A program made the position numbers and the translations under genes. A model generated the notes under the pieces. The model was given only the letters and a program-made list of their open reading frames with translations, was not told the DNA's origin and did no database searches. 64,000 nt of DNA, taken from IMG/VR virus record IMGVR_UViG_3300028909_000001, one strand, 5' to 3'. Of the stretch, positions 1 to 9,677 are shown piece by piece. This DNA is from a virus. Taxonomy: Duplodnaviria; Caudoviricetes. The number at the start of each line of letters is the position of its first letter. Position 1 is the first letter of the stretch.

Positions 1-2
1 TG

Positions 3-617
3 TATAATGCTGCTATCTTCAATGATTATGGCGCTGGTGTTCATGTTTTGGATTTGCCTCAATCTGGTGGTGCTAGTGTGATTGATGAACATGTGAGAGG
101 GAAGCAGGCAGATGGTTCACCAAATCTAGATATTACTGACTATGAGCATGCTGTTCCAATCAATATCAAGCTAGACTTGAAAGTGAAGGGTCAACCGTGG
201 AAAATAGCTATTCAGACGCAAAAGACTTATCCTTTGCCTCGTGAATTGGCAGATACTGATTATTTGTATAATCTGGATGAAGTTATTGCATATCCTGATA
301 AACAAGCGCTTATTGATGAGCTTAAGAGTCTTGTACCTGTGGATATATTTAGAAAGGGCTTGGAAGGTTATTCAGATGGTCTCACTCCTGAATTTACATC
401 TACTCCTGAAACTCCAGAAGTAGATGTTAGGTCAGAAGTACCTCCAGTATATGAGAATCCGGTAGCTTCCATACCAAGGTCTAACACAGCTAAAACTGTG
501 GCACCAACTGTAAGTATTCCAAAAGCTAATACTGAGCCTAAAGCTTCAGAACCAGTAGCTAGTAATAGTGATGTTTTGAAACGGGCGCAGGAATTCTTGA
601 AGAATAAAGTTAAATAA
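3..617 (+). CDS. 5'-truncated protein with a Pro/Ser/Thr-rich low-complexity C-terminus; possibly an ssDNA-binding or recombination accessory protein
   Basis: The frame is open from base 3, so the TTG at 48 is probably internal. It lies directly upstream of the RecA-like gene; the function is inferred from context only. Confidence 0.35.
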   Translation, partial: YNAAIFNDYGAGVHVLDLPQSGGASVIDEHVRGKQADGSPNLDITDYEHAVPINIKLDLKVKGQPWKIAIQTQKTYPLPRELADTDYLYNLDEVIAYPDKQALIDELKSLVPVDIFRKGLEGYSDGLTPEFTSTPETPEVDVRSEVPPVYENPVASIPRSNTAKTVAPTVSIPKANTEPKASEPVASNSDVLKRAQEFLKNKVK

Positions 618-625
618 GTAACTCT

Positions 626-658
626 GGGAGCACTAATATTAATTAGTGCTCCCTTTTA
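626..658 (+). terminator. Rho-independent terminator
   Basis: GGGAGCACTAAT/ATTAGTGCTCCC 12-bp stem followed by TTTTATT. Confidence 0.75.
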
Positions 659-660
659 TT

Positions 661-1857
661 ATGCCTACAAATAACGACGAAATATTCCAGAAATTGCTGG
701 AAGCTACAGAACATCAGTTTAAGAAGAAGTTTAAAGACACCAATGCCAAGTTTATTCTAGCTAGTGAAGAAAAGCCAGCTATTGGATTAATAGTAGATAA
801 TCCGGCTCTAGAATATATATTAGATAGAAGGTTTTTAGCTTACGGCAGATTTTATCTAGTATATGGTAAAAAGAGTTCTTCCAAGACTTCCTTATTCTAT
901 GAAATTGCCAAGATATTTCAAAAGAATAATGGCAAAGTAATCTGGCTTGAGACTGAAAATGCCATTGACTTGGATTACGCTAAGAGCCAGGGTGTGGATT
1001 TGGATAGTGTAATGTTAATTCATCCTCAGACATTGGAAGAAGCATTAAGTATAGCTGAATCATTTATTAGGAATTTAAGTAAGCTAGATCCGGATGGACA
1101 GATGCCTATTTTGATTTGTTTAGATAGTATTGCTGGTAGTACAACTGAATATGAGCAAGACACCTCTAATAATGTAACTGATACAATGCCAGGAGCACAT
1201 GCTAGACTGCTAAGTAGGTTTTATCGAGAGATGGAACATCCTTTAGCAAATGAGCGTTGTGTGTTTCTGGCATTGAACCAGTTAAAGAAAGCGGTAGGTG
1301 GATTTACTCCGTTTGGTGGTGAAGCTGAGAGTATGATGGGTGGAGAAGCACCTAGATTTAGCAGTACATATCAAATTAAAATGGAAAAGATTAAGGATTT
1401 GACTGCTGAAGGAAAAGATGATGGTCCTGAGCGGAAATTTGGCTCCATTCATCAAATAACCTGTACTAGAAATAAGTTAGGGAGGGAAGGCAATACCCAA
1501 AGAATTAGATTCGATCTATATATTGAGGGTGGTATTGATTGGTATTCTCCATTAGTATCTGAAACATTAGCTAAAAGTTATAAAGACTTGGTTACTGCTA
1601 AAGGTCCTAGGTACTCATGGAACATACCTGGAATGACTTATATTGATAAAGATGGTACGGAAAAACCTCTCAGTACTGAAGAAAGTTATTATGATAGGGA
1701 TTTAGGGTATATGATAGCCCATAGTACACAAGCTAAGGAGGCTATTAGAACTGCTTTTGGAATCAGACCTCTTCCACCTCAAGCAGTAGTGGAAGAAGTT
1801 GAAGCTGAAAGACTTACTAAACGTAAGAAGAAGAAAGATGAAGAGAAATCATTATGA
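661..1857 (+). CDS. recA: RecA/UvsX-like recombinase
   Basis: Walker A-like YGKKSSSKTS, Walker B ICLDSIAG, WLETENAID, LNQL and GGEAPRF. The ATG at 661 is preferred over the GTG at 646, which lies inside the terminator stem. Confidence 0.9.
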   Translation: MPTNNDEIFQKLLEATEHQFKKKFKDTNAKFILASEEKPAIGLIVDNPALEYILDRRFLAYGRFYLVYGKKSSSKTSLFYEIAKIFQKNNGKVIWLETENAIDLDYAKSQGVDLDSVMLIHPQTLEEALSIAESFIRNLSKLDPDGQMPILICLDSIAGSTTEYEQDTSNNVTDTMPGAHARLLSRFYREMEHPLANERCVFLALNQLKKAVGGFTPFGGEAESMMGGEAPRFSSTYQIKMEKIKDLTAEGKDDGPERKFGSIHQITCTRNKLGREGNTQRIRFDLYIEGGIDWYSPLVSETLAKSYKDLVTAKGPRYSWNIPGMTYIDKDGTEKPLSTEESYYDRDLGYMIAHSTQAKEAIRTAFGIRPLPPQAVVEEVEAERLTKRKKKKDEEKSL

Positions 1858-2270
1858 AGAAATTAATCAAGAAATCTAAAGTAGTTAAACGAATTGTCAA
1901 ACCAATTGTCAAACCAGTCAAGGCTAAGGTAAAGACTAAGATAAAATCCAAGACTAAAGCTAAGCTGGTAAGAAAGAAGATCAAAGTAGAGGAACCTATT
2001 GAGCCAGTCAAGTCTCATATTGCAGTGCTTACAAATGTTGAAGTTAAAGTACCTAAGACAGCTGAACAGACTGCAAACTCAAGTACAACTACATTTGAGA
2101 AAGTAGTCAGAATTAGTAGCATGCCATTTGAGCAACAGATGTCAGTAGTCTTTAATCCGTTACAAACCATGACTAAAACTGAATCTCCTCCAAACATAAG
2201 TGAGGCCACAAAAATAATTGAACATCAAAACGAAAATGAAACAACAACTCCTGATAATAACACCCCATAG
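1854..2270 (+). CDS. Lys-rich basic hypothetical protein (histone H1-like N-terminus)
   Basis: KK/KV-rich first 45 aa; ATGA overlap with the recA stop. Confidence 0.55.
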   Translation: MKKLIKKSKVVKRIVKPIVKPVKAKVKTKIKSKTKAKLVRKKIKVEEPIEPVKSHIAVLTNVEVKVPKTAEQTANSSTTTFEKVVRISSMPFEQQMSVVFNPLQTMTKTESPPNISEATKIIEHQNENETTTPDNNTP

Positions 2271-3081
2271 TTTTGTAGACCTTATCACAAATAGTAGTAC
2301 CGAGCTATTCGTGTGTAGTACTAAGAAATCAGTTGAAATGGTCGAGGAGCTTTTAAAGAAGCTCCTCCTAAACCATAATGAGATGCTGGATACTCCTAAT
2401 CAGTATGTTTTTTCCGAAGTATTTAAGCCAGTGGAAATAGCCAAATATACATATGATAAGGAGTTATTCTCTAAAGATGTAGTAGCTAATTATCATAATT
2501 ATCATTGGGAAGACGATAATTATAAATATGTTTCACAAAGGCAAAGGCCCGATTCTTATATCCAAGCTGAAATTGAAGAAAATAAGCTGAGAAAAGAACA
2601 TCCTGCCATTGTAAATCGTCGTAAGTATGAGGAGGATGAGACAAAGGAAGAACAGAAAAAACGGGAAGAAGAAAATCGAGATTATTGGAAACAAGAGAAT
2701 AGAATTTGGACTCAGGTAGGTGTAGAAACATTAGGAACTGAAGTTGATTTGTTTATTGAATTCCTTAAATTAAACAAGGCTGAGCAGTATATTGATTTAG
2801 TGAATACTTGGGCAGATAAAGCTAAAGAAGATCACTTAAAAGAGCAAGGAGGTAAGTTTGTTGGGCTTCATAGAATAGTAAGTGAAGCTGAAGCTAACGA
2901 GGATAAAATACCCAAAGAATTGGCTGAGTTATTTGACTTCTTTACTTTGGTTAACGGATATGAATTTTCTATCCATAAAGGTCAAATTCTAATCTATTCA
3001 GCTAATGATAACACCATTCCTTATTCATTGTTTGAACAAATAGCTGAATATTTTTCAGCTAGACGATATCACATAGGTTAA
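2236..3081 (+). CDS. Hypothetical protein with N-terminal SFVDLITNSS motif
   Basis: The ATG at 2236 gives MKQQLLIITPHSFVDLITNSSTEL; the same motif opens the next gene. Confidence 0.7.
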   Translation: MKQQLLIITPHSFVDLITNSSTELFVCSTKKSVEMVEELLKKLLLNHNEMLDTPNQYVFSEVFKPVEIAKYTYDKELFSKDVVANYHNYHWEDDNYKYVSQRQRPDSYIQAEIEENKLRKEHPAIVNRRKYEEDETKEEQKKREEENRDYWKQENRIWTQVGVETLGTEVDLFIEFLKLNKAEQYIDLVNTWADKAKEDHLKEQGGKFVGLHRIVSEAEANEDKIPKELAELFDFFTLVNGYEFSIHKGQILIYSANDNTIPYSLFEQIAEYFSARRYHIG

Positions 3082-3085
3082 ATAC

Positions 3086-3487
3086 ATGATAAATACATTA
3101 AAGATTACAGTACATAGTTTCGTTGATCTAATTACGAATAGTAGCACAGAAATCTACATTCAAGCTACACAGAAGACAATAGAATCAATTACCAAACTAG
3201 TTGATAATATTTTAACTGTGGCTGGTAGTACGTTTAAGTGTGAGGATTTGTTTGATATTACCATAGATAAAGAAAGTTTCTATAAGAATTATTATCATGG
3301 TGAGGAGGAAGGTGAACCTAAAAAGACAGTAGAAGAATTTTTTGACATGGAACTTGAAGCAGATGCATATAGAGATATACATATAACTGTAAAAGCCAAG
3401 ATTAACACTTTGGCAGCTAAACAAGCAGCTGAAATATTAAGTAGCTTAACTAGTCTATTTTGTATGGAAGCTCGCTACGATGGATGA
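3086..3487 (+). CDS. Hypothetical protein with N-terminal SFVDLITNSS motif (paralog of 2236)
   Basis: MINTLKITVHSFVDLITNSSTEIY. Confidence 0.7.
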   Translation: MINTLKITVHSFVDLITNSSTEIYIQATQKTIESITKLVDNILTVAGSTFKCEDLFDITIDKESFYKNYYHGEEEGEPKKTVEEFFDMELEADAYRDIHITVKAKINTLAAKQAAEILSSLTSLFCMEARYDG

Positions 3488-3493
3488 TTAAAC

Positions 3494-4354
3494 ATGTTAA
3501 AAATAAAAAGAAGAATTGAAAAAGAAGCGAATTATAGTGCGGTATTCTTTGATGGTAAAACATTAAGAATACCGCTTAATCCTTCTAAACCAATCACAGA
3601 ATTACGATATCCAGAATTCTATGACCTTAGTTTTGGTGATAAGTGTGTAACTGGAAAATGTCCATGGTGTTATGCTAAAGGAAATCCTAAAGGTAAGCAC
3701 TATTCTAATATAGTAGGCAAGATTGAGAAGTATTTTGGTTCAATGACAGAGAACCAACGTTGTTTCCAGGTAGCTGTTGGTGGGCAGCAAGAACCATTAG
3801 AGCATCCTGAATTCTGGGATGCAATGAAGTTGCTAAAAAGTTTGGATATTGTTCCTAACTATACTACTAACGGAGTTCTATTTGATGAAAATGTAGTTAA
3901 CAAGACTAGAGAACATTGTGGTGGAGTAGCAATAACTCTACACCCTCATTTAGAAGATGATTGGAGGAAAGCGTTGGATTTGGCTATTAAGTGTAAACTT
4001 AAGGTTAATATTCATTTTATAGTATCAGATGAAGATTCAGTAGATAGGTTAATTACACTCTATAATGAATATAACGGCAAAATTGATTACTTCGTTCTAT
4101 TACCTTACATGAATGTTGGTTTTGCTGCTAAGAACCCTAAAACCATAGCTTATGATAAACTTGCTGCTTGGTTAGATAGTGTCCAGAATTACGCTAATAT
4201 TGCTTTTGGTGCTAACTTCTATAAGTTCCTTAATACTAATAAGAGGTGGGATGTCTCATTATACCCTCCAGAAATCTTGAGTAAATATCTAGTATTAGAT
4301 GACAATATGAATTTGTATAATAACAGTTTTGAAATGAAGCTAGTTAGATATTGA
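3494..4354 (+). CDS. Radical SAM protein
   Basis: CVTGKCPWCY cluster motif (CX4CX2C spacing), VAVGGQQEPL and NYTTNG. Confidence 0.85.
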   Translation: MLKIKRRIEKEANYSAVFFDGKTLRIPLNPSKPITELRYPEFYDLSFGDKCVTGKCPWCYAKGNPKGKHYSNIVGKIEKYFGSMTENQRCFQVAVGGQQEPLEHPEFWDAMKLLKSLDIVPNYTTNGVLFDENVVNKTREHCGGVAITLHPHLEDDWRKALDLAIKCKLKVNIHFIVSDEDSVDRLITLYNEYNGKIDYFVLLPYMNVGFAAKNPKTIAYDKLAAWLDSVQNYANIAFGANFYKFLNTNKRWDVSLYPPEILSKYLVLDDNMNLYNNSFEMKLVRY

Positions 4355-4386
4355 CATTAGTGTGTAGTCTGGCATATTAATCAATT

Positions 4387-4914
4387 ATGTCAGACTACAT
4401 TCTCAGCTTAGATAATGGTACAGGCAGCACAGGTATCGCTATGTTTGGACCTAATGATTTGGTTAGATACGAAAAGTTCCCTACTAAAAGTACTATAAAC
4501 TACCAGAAAGAGGAACAACATATAACTAGAGTGGATGTTCCAGCTCTTAGAATACTATTAGTTAATTGGAACATACCTAAAGATACTATTGTACTGTTAG
4601 AAAGACCACTTATTAATCCTACTAGATTTAAAGCCAGTATATCTGCTGCTAGATGTTTTGAAGCCACTATTATAGTATTAGAAGAATTAGGCCTGGATTA
4701 TAAAGTGGTTGATTCGAAAGCTTGGCAGAGAGTATTACTACCTAATATAGAAGGTAGTAATGAACTTAAGAAAGCTTCATTAGAATTAGGAAAGAAATTA
4801 TTTCCTAACTTAAAACTAAAGAAAGATGCAGATAGTTTGCTGATTGGATACTGGGCCAAAAATAAAGACAAACTAGAAACAATTAAACCTATTAAAAAGA
4901 AAATAAAATTATGA
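4387..4914 (+). CDS. RuvC-like Holliday junction resolvase
   Basis: ILSLDNG, VLLERP, KAWQR and DADSLLIG match the acidic catalytic pattern of RNase H-fold resolvases. Confidence 0.75.
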   Translation: MSDYILSLDNGTGSTGIAMFGPNDLVRYEKFPTKSTINYQKEEQHITRVDVPALRILLVNWNIPKDTIVLLERPLINPTRFKASISAARCFEATIIVLEELGLDYKVVDSKAWQRVLLPNIEGSNELKKASLELGKKLFPNLKLKKDADSLLIGYWAKNKDKLETIKPIKKKIKL

Positions 4915-4924
4915 AAACTTAACC

Positions 4925-5578
4925 ATGACTAAACCTGAAATTGAACGCTATATCTCTGAAATACCTAGACAAACTGTAACTGAATATATCAACTATTGGA
5001 ATACTATAAAACCTGTAAATAAAGATGAATACTATAATAGATTTGTATTTAGTCATCTTTCTGTGCATTGTAGTTGGCGAGCTAATATAAAAGCTTATAA
5101 GATGGTGATAGGTAGAGTAATACCTGATAAACAAACCTTAAAAGATGTAATATCTTATAGTGGGGTAGGACTTATTAACCTTAGAACCAAAGGTATGTGG
5201 GAGTTTAAGGAATCATTCTATAATAACCCTGCTCAATATTATAAGTCTGAAGCTGAGACTTGGGATTGTTTTCGAGATAGAATAATGAATCTCATACATG
5301 GATTAGGATATGCTAAAACAGCCTTCGCCCTGGAGTTATGTTATCCTAATGAAGCTGAAGTTACTTGTTTAGATGTGCATATGCTTAGATTATATGGCTA
5401 TGATAAGTCACAAACACCTAATAAAGCTTTATATAAGGAATTTGAAGAGCATTGGGTTAATACTTGTAAGACTAATAATATTCCCCCATTCATAGCTAGA
5501 TCAATATGGTGGGATAAAAATCAGGTTAATACTAATGAAAGTTTGGGTAAGTATTGGACTTATGTATTCGAAAAATAA
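4925..5578 (+). CDS. HhH-GPD family DNA glycosylase-like protein
   Basis: HhH-like IHGLGYAKTAFAL followed by CLDVHMLR. Confidence 0.7.
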   Translation: MTKPEIERYISEIPRQTVTEYINYWNTIKPVNKDEYYNRFVFSHLSVHCSWRANIKAYKMVIGRVIPDKQTLKDVISYSGVGLINLRTKGMWEFKESFYNNPAQYYKSEAETWDCFRDRIMNLIHGLGYAKTAFALELCYPNEAEVTCLDVHMLRLYGYDKSQTPNKALYKEFEEHWVNTCKTNNIPPFIARSIWWDKNQVNTNESLGKYWTYVFEK

Positions 5579-5803
5579 TGAATATTTTCTAGTCAGTTAA
5601 TTAAAACTAAAGTTAATTGACTAGAGAGTATATGGATAAACTAACCCAATTCAAAAATCTAACTTGTATTAGAGAGTTACCTATGAGATGTTATAGTAAG
5701 AAATTTAGAATATTACACGAACACCTGCCTAATATAGATAATGAAGTCTATTATCATTTAGAATGTCTGGAATGTAATATGCAATTTGCTGTAAAGGAAC
5801 TAT

Positions 5804-6103
5804 ATGATAAGTGACCCTAAAAAACAAATAGTGGATATTAATAAAACTTTTGCCAAAGAACTGACTGTCAAATACGATAAAGGTCAAAGAGAACATGGTG
5901 GTAATTTCTATGCCAAACCTACAGTAAGTAATATTAGGGAAGAGGTGGTTGATCTAGTAGCTTATACTCATGTTCTGGAAAAGCATAAAGATAAAGTGGT
6001 TCAAGATTTATGTGAGTTATGGGATAAATTGAAAGAAGCCAAATGTAAAAAAGAATTGTTAGATAGGCTAAGTGTTATTATAACTAACACTAAATATATT
6101 TGA
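5804..6103 (+). CDS. Putative all-alpha nucleotide pyrophosphohydrolase-like protein
   Basis: KYDKG...REEVVDLVAY acidic helix pattern. Confidence 0.4.
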   Translation: MISDPKKQIVDINKTFAKELTVKYDKGQREHGGNFYAKPTVSNIREEVVDLVAYTHVLEKHKDKVVQDLCELWDKLKEAKCKKELLDRLSVIITNTKYI

Positions 6104-6128
6104 CATATCATATTCTATTAATTATATT
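6100..6128 (+). promoter_or_regulatory. Sigma70-type promoter
   Basis: TTGACA-17 nt-TATATT upstream of the tRNA and small-gene region. Confidence 0.55.
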
Positions 6129-6216
6129 GAACTTAATGCAAAGTTTAGTTACATCAATTAAAACTACCTACTCCCCTAATAAGGAAGGTAGTTGACAGGG
6201 TGTATTGATATTTTAC

Positions 6217-6246
6217 ACCCTAGGTTTAAGTACCTAGGGTTTTTTT
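6217..6246 (+). terminator. Rho-independent terminator
   Basis: ACCCTAGG/CCTAGGGT stem followed by a T run. Confidence 0.7.
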
Positions 6247-6449
6247 GTGACAATTTGTTTGAGGCGTTACTCTTGTATTGCAGATATTGGCAAGACCAAT
6301 ACTCTAGTCAATATAGGTGGGATTCGTTCCTGCTAGCTGTTGTGCCTTTAAATTAACAGCTCGGTTATTATAATGTATGGTGATGAACCTAGAGTATAAT
6401 AGCGTGCGGTGAATATTGATTTATTCTATAACTAATTTCTGATCTTTAA

Positions 6450-6522
6450 GCAGGGGTGATGTAATGGTAGCATGGACGCTTTCTTGTGTCTTGTATTGGT
6501 GTAAACCCAATCCCCTGCTCCA
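6450..6522 (+). tRNA. Degenerate tRNA (Gly-like body, anticodon loop not resolvable)
   Basis: Acceptor GCAGGGG/CCCCTGC-T-CCA, D and T arms present; 6-nt anticodon loop TTTCTT and T loop TGTAAAC are non-canonical. Confidence 0.5.
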
Positions 6523-6525
6523 ACT

Positions 6526-6600
6526 GCTCGTGTCGTATAGTGGCTAATACCTCTGTCTTTCCAACAGAAAAAAGCGGGTCGGAACCGCTCACGAGTACCA
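6526..6600 (+). tRNA. tRNA-Glu(TTC)
   Basis: Cloverleaf; anticodon arm TCTGT-CTTTCCA-ACAGA; CCA end; atypical T loop GTCGGAA. Confidence 0.7.
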
Positions 6601-6609
6601 ATTAACATT

Positions 6610-6882
6610 ATGATTGCTGATATTTATGCTTTTTCTAGAGATGGATTTAGACATGATACTTTTCAAAATTTTTTAAACGGTGATTTTCATGGTGTGTTTC
6701 AGTTTGACCGGTCTACTATACCACCATATAATCTGTTTAAAGTATCAATCAATTTAGATGATTATGATATAAGTTGTGGACCTGGTGTTGTATATAATCA
6801 TACTGTCTTACATTTTAGAAAGAAAACTATAAACTCCAGACCTGCAGAAAGTGGTGAACGGAGGCTTGAACCTTATTTATGA
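6610..6882 (+). CDS. Hypothetical protein with C-terminal RxLExxL tail (ERRLEPYL)
   Basis: ORF with the shared tail; ATGA coupling to the next gene. Confidence 0.7.
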   Translation: MIADIYAFSRDGFRHDTFQNFLNGDFHGVFQFDRSTIPPYNLFKVSINLDDYDISCGPGVVYNHTVLHFRKKTINSRPAESGERRLEPYL

Positions 6883-7148
6883 ATGAATATATAGTAGGAG
6901 ATGAAGTTTCTGTAACTCTTAATTCTGGTAATCGAGTTAAAGCAAAGATTATAAGTATTGATAATGACGAGCTTGCACTAAAGTTTGTAGAGTATACAGA
7001 GCTTGTAAACATTGATGCAAGCGGTGGTTCAAGCGGTGGTTCAGGCGGTTGGCCTACTATTCATAGACACATAAATGAGGTAATCTCTTTAGTATCTAAA
7101 ACTAGAAAAGAAAATCCTTTTGATAGGAAACTGGAGTTTGATTTATGA
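6879..7148 (+). CDS. KOW/SH3-like small protein with tail (DRKLEFDL)
   Basis: MNEYIVGDEVSV N-terminus; shared tail. Confidence 0.7.
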   Translation: MNEYIVGDEVSVTLNSGNRVKAKIISIDNDELALKFVEYTELVNIDASGGSSGGSGGWPTIHRHINEVISLVSKTRKENPFDRKLEFDL

Positions 7149-7612
7149 AAATAACAAAAATAGCTAATAGATGGTATGACGAAAACAATAATAGTTGGTC
7201 TACAGAAGAACTAGCTACTCTATACTCACCTACCCTAACTAATTGTAGATGGTGTAGAGATTGTAGAGATTGTAATTATTGTTGTCTTTGTAGTGATTGT
7301 AGTAATTGTAGTAATTGTAGTGGTTGTAGTGGTTGTAGTGGTTGTAGTAATTGTTATAATTGTAATTGGTGTAGTAGTTGTGGTAGTTGTAATAGTTGTT
7401 ATAAATGTACTGATTGTAATGATTGTAGAGGTTGTAGTAATTGTAGTAGTTGTTATAGTTGTAGTTATTGTGGTAATTGTAAAGATTGTTTTCACTGCTA
7501 TTTATGTAAAATTTGTAGTAACCTTAGATTTTATGAAAAAGGATCACAATTAAATACTATTATAAGAGTGGAGGCTAATGCTTTTGACAGAAAATTAGAA
7601 ATAGACTTATGA
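7145..7612 (+). CDS. Cys-x-x repeat protein with tail (DRKLEIDL)
   Basis: Conserved head MKITKIANRWYDENNNSW...YSPTLTNC, (CxX)n repeats, tail. Confidence 0.85.
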   Translation: MKITKIANRWYDENNNSWSTEELATLYSPTLTNCRWCRDCRDCNYCCLCSDCSNCSNCSGCSGCSGCSNCYNCNWCSSCGSCNSCYKCTDCNDCRGCSNCSSCYSCSYCGNCKDCFHCYLCKICSNLRFYEKGSQLNTIIRVEANAFDRKLEIDL

Positions 7613-7914
7613 AAAAAGACACACTTGTAACATTAACCAAATTAAAACCCCTTGAAAATCCAGAGTATCCAACTCCAAATAAAGCAGACTACAGACCAGG
7701 ACAATTTAATGGAAATGTAAGTTTACCAATAGATTATACAGCTACTGGAATCTTATTAAAAGATATTGAGGTTGGAGAGCCTATTCTTATGTTCAGACAT
7801 ATTAGAAATGGGATTAAAACTCCTGGTCATTTTTCTTCTAGCCGAGTCTCTAAAATAGAAGGTAATTTGTTATACACTAATAACAGTATTTATAAAATTG
7901 AAATATTAACTTAA
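7609..7914 (+). CDS. Hypothetical phage protein
   Basis: ATGA-coupled ORF. Confidence 0.65.
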   Translation: MKKDTLVTLTKLKPLENPEYPTPNKADYRPGQFNGNVSLPIDYTATGILLKDIEVGEPILMFRHIRNGIKTPGHFSSSRVSKIEGNLLYTNNSIYKIEILT

Positions 7915-7919
7915 ACTAT

Positions 7920-8342
7920 ATGGAACAACTATATAAAAAGACAAAAAAGAACGGTAAGACTAAATATGCTAAGGTAAATTTAAAAGACTTGGCTGATAAT
8001 TTACTAGTTGATAGAATGACTCTAAGCCCAGGTCTTTGGCTGGTTAAAGAAGTTCCTAATTGTAAGTCATTAAGTTCAGTTTCTAAAGTATCTAGAATAC
8101 CGGATTACCCCTACGATTTTACTAGTATAATCATGAATCGTGACGAACTGGCCGATTTCCTCGTCAAATTTAACAATGATTATTCTAAAAAACATCCTAG
8201 CTCAGGGAATGGATGGCAAATATTTCCGAGTTATTCCGAACTAGCTGAGGCTATTTTAAATGAATTGATTAGACTGGCTGGCCTAGGATTTGGTGAAAAG
8301 CGAGAAGTACCTGTAACTAGAAAATTAGATTTAGAGTTATAA
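7920..8342 (+). CDS. Hypothetical protein with tail (TRKLDLEL)
   Basis: Paralog of 8344 (LSPGLWLVK vs LEAGIYLVK). Confidence 0.7.
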   Translation: MEQLYKKTKKNGKTKYAKVNLKDLADNLLVDRMTLSPGLWLVKEVPNCKSLSSVSKVSRIPDYPYDFTSIIMNRDELADFLVKFNNDYSKKHPSSGNGWQIFPSYSELAEAILNELIRLAGLGFGEKREVPVTRKLDLEL

Positions 8343-8343
8343 T

Positions 8344-8784
8344 ATGGCAGACCTATACTATAAAGTTGGAAAAAGATATAGAGTAGCTTTATCTGATGTA
8401 AGTGAAGGAGCTATGACAACATTTTTATCAGAAGATGGAATAAGACCTACCTTTCTAACTATAGGAAATTTGGAGGCAGGTATATATTTGGTAAAACCAC
8501 TACCTAATACTACTTTAGTGAGCATAATCTCTAAACTAGCTAAATATCCGGATAAACCTGAATTACTGGCTCAAATAAAAGTTACCCAGTCTGAAATGGA
8601 ATATTTTATTGCTGAGTATAGAAGAACTAGGATTACTAGAATAGGAACTGATACATTAAGTAATCAAGAAATAGCCAAGGTTATTTTTGATTATCTTATA
8701 GCTAAATCTGGTATTAAATTTTCGGAGAAGCCGGTTGAAAAAGTTGAACATATAGTAGAACGAAAACTAGAACTGGATTTATAA
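8344..8784 (+). CDS. Hypothetical protein with tail (ERKLELDL)
   Basis: Paralog of 7920; shared tail. Confidence 0.7.
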   Translation: MADLYYKVGKRYRVALSDVSEGAMTTFLSEDGIRPTFLTIGNLEAGIYLVKPLPNTTLVSIISKLAKYPDKPELLAQIKVTQSEMEYFIAEYRRTRITRIGTDTLSNQEIAKVIFDYLIAKSGIKFSEKPVEKVEHIVERKLELDL

Positions 8785-8794
8785 CGGGGCTATA

Positions 8795-9211
8795 GTGATA
8801 ATAGTAGCACGGAAGTTTTGCAAACTTCAGGACACAGAGCGTAACTGTGTAGTTCCAATCCGGTCTGGAAGCATTAAAGTGATGCAGAGAACTCTTAATT
8901 CTCAGAATAGGGAGCGTTACCCTAGCAGACCACCAATTAAAACGAATGATCAAATTGAACATGTAGAACTTATTACTATACCTCTGCCTATAGTACTAGA
9001 AATAGTAAAGGAGTATATAGAAGCTAAATATAATCTAACTGGTGGAGAAATATTTTTAAGAAAACAAAAAGGACCAACACCTGCTACAGGATATATGAAA
9101 CTAAATGAGCCTGAATTGTATGATTTAAAATATAGAACTGTTGCAACACAAGCTGATATACATAAAGATTTATCAGAATTGCTGGAAAGAAAGTTAGAAA
9201 TTGATTTGTAA
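8795..9211 (+). CDS. Hypothetical protein with tail (ERKLEIDL)
   Basis: Shared tail; the true start may be the ATG near 8881. Confidence 0.6.
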   Translation: MIIVARKFCKLQDTERNCVVPIRSGSIKVMQRTLNSQNRERYPSRPPIKTNDQIEHVELITIPLPIVLEIVKEYIEAKYNLTGGEIFLRKQKGPTPATGYMKLNEPELYDLKYRTVATQADIHKDLSELLERKLEIDL

Positions 9212-9217
9212 GTCATT

Positions 9218-9294
9218 GCAAACGAAGCTTATATGGATAAGCAACCGACTTTTAATCGGTAGATAGCTTGGTTCGAATCCAGCCGTTTGCACCA
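9218..9294 (+). tRNA. tRNA-Lys(TTT)
   Basis: Cloverleaf; ACCGA-CTTTTAA-TCGGT; TTCGAAT; ACCA. Confidence 0.9.
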
Positions 9295-9306
9295 ATTTAA
9301 TAATTT

Positions 9307-9392
9307 GCACTGTTATCCCGTAGAGGTAGCGGATTCGACTGTAGATCGAATGCTAAATAGCTCGGGTGGTTCAACTCCATCACAGTGCACCA
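9307..9392 (+). tRNA. tRNA-Tyr(GTA)
   Basis: TTCGA-CTGTAGA-TCGAA, long variable arm, ACCA. Confidence 0.9.
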
Positions 9393-9404
9393 AACCAAAA
9401 CAAA

Positions 9405-9662
9405 ATGAAAATAAAACTAAAATATAATGCAACGGGTGCAATGAAAATTATCATGCACATCTTAAAAAGATCTACTAAACGGCATAAGGCCCTAACTTTT
9501 AAACAAATAATGAGAGAAGGTTTAAGACTTTTTGGACCGTATCTTTATAGTGAAGACTATATGAGAAAAGGTATGGCTGACCTTAGAAGAATAAAATTTA
9601 GACTTGTTAATCATAAACCAAAAGATTTAAGGATACAATATAGTTATAGGTACATATACTAA
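9405..9662 (+). CDS. Basic hypothetical protein
   Basis: The ATG after tRNA-Tyr (MKIKLKYN...) is preferred over the GTG inside the tRNA. Confidence 0.5.
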   Translation: MKIKLKYNATGAMKIIMHILKRSTKRHKALTFKQIMREGLRLFGPYLYSEDYMRKGMADLRRIKFRLVNHKPKDLRIQYSYRYIY

Positions 9663-9677
9663 TATAGTATAGTGACA

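Noticed and set aside
661-1857. Inactive RecA because Walker A reads GKKSSSKT
   Set aside because: The Lys-Thr pair and Walker B are intact; a single Gly-to-Ser change is not enough to claim loss of function.
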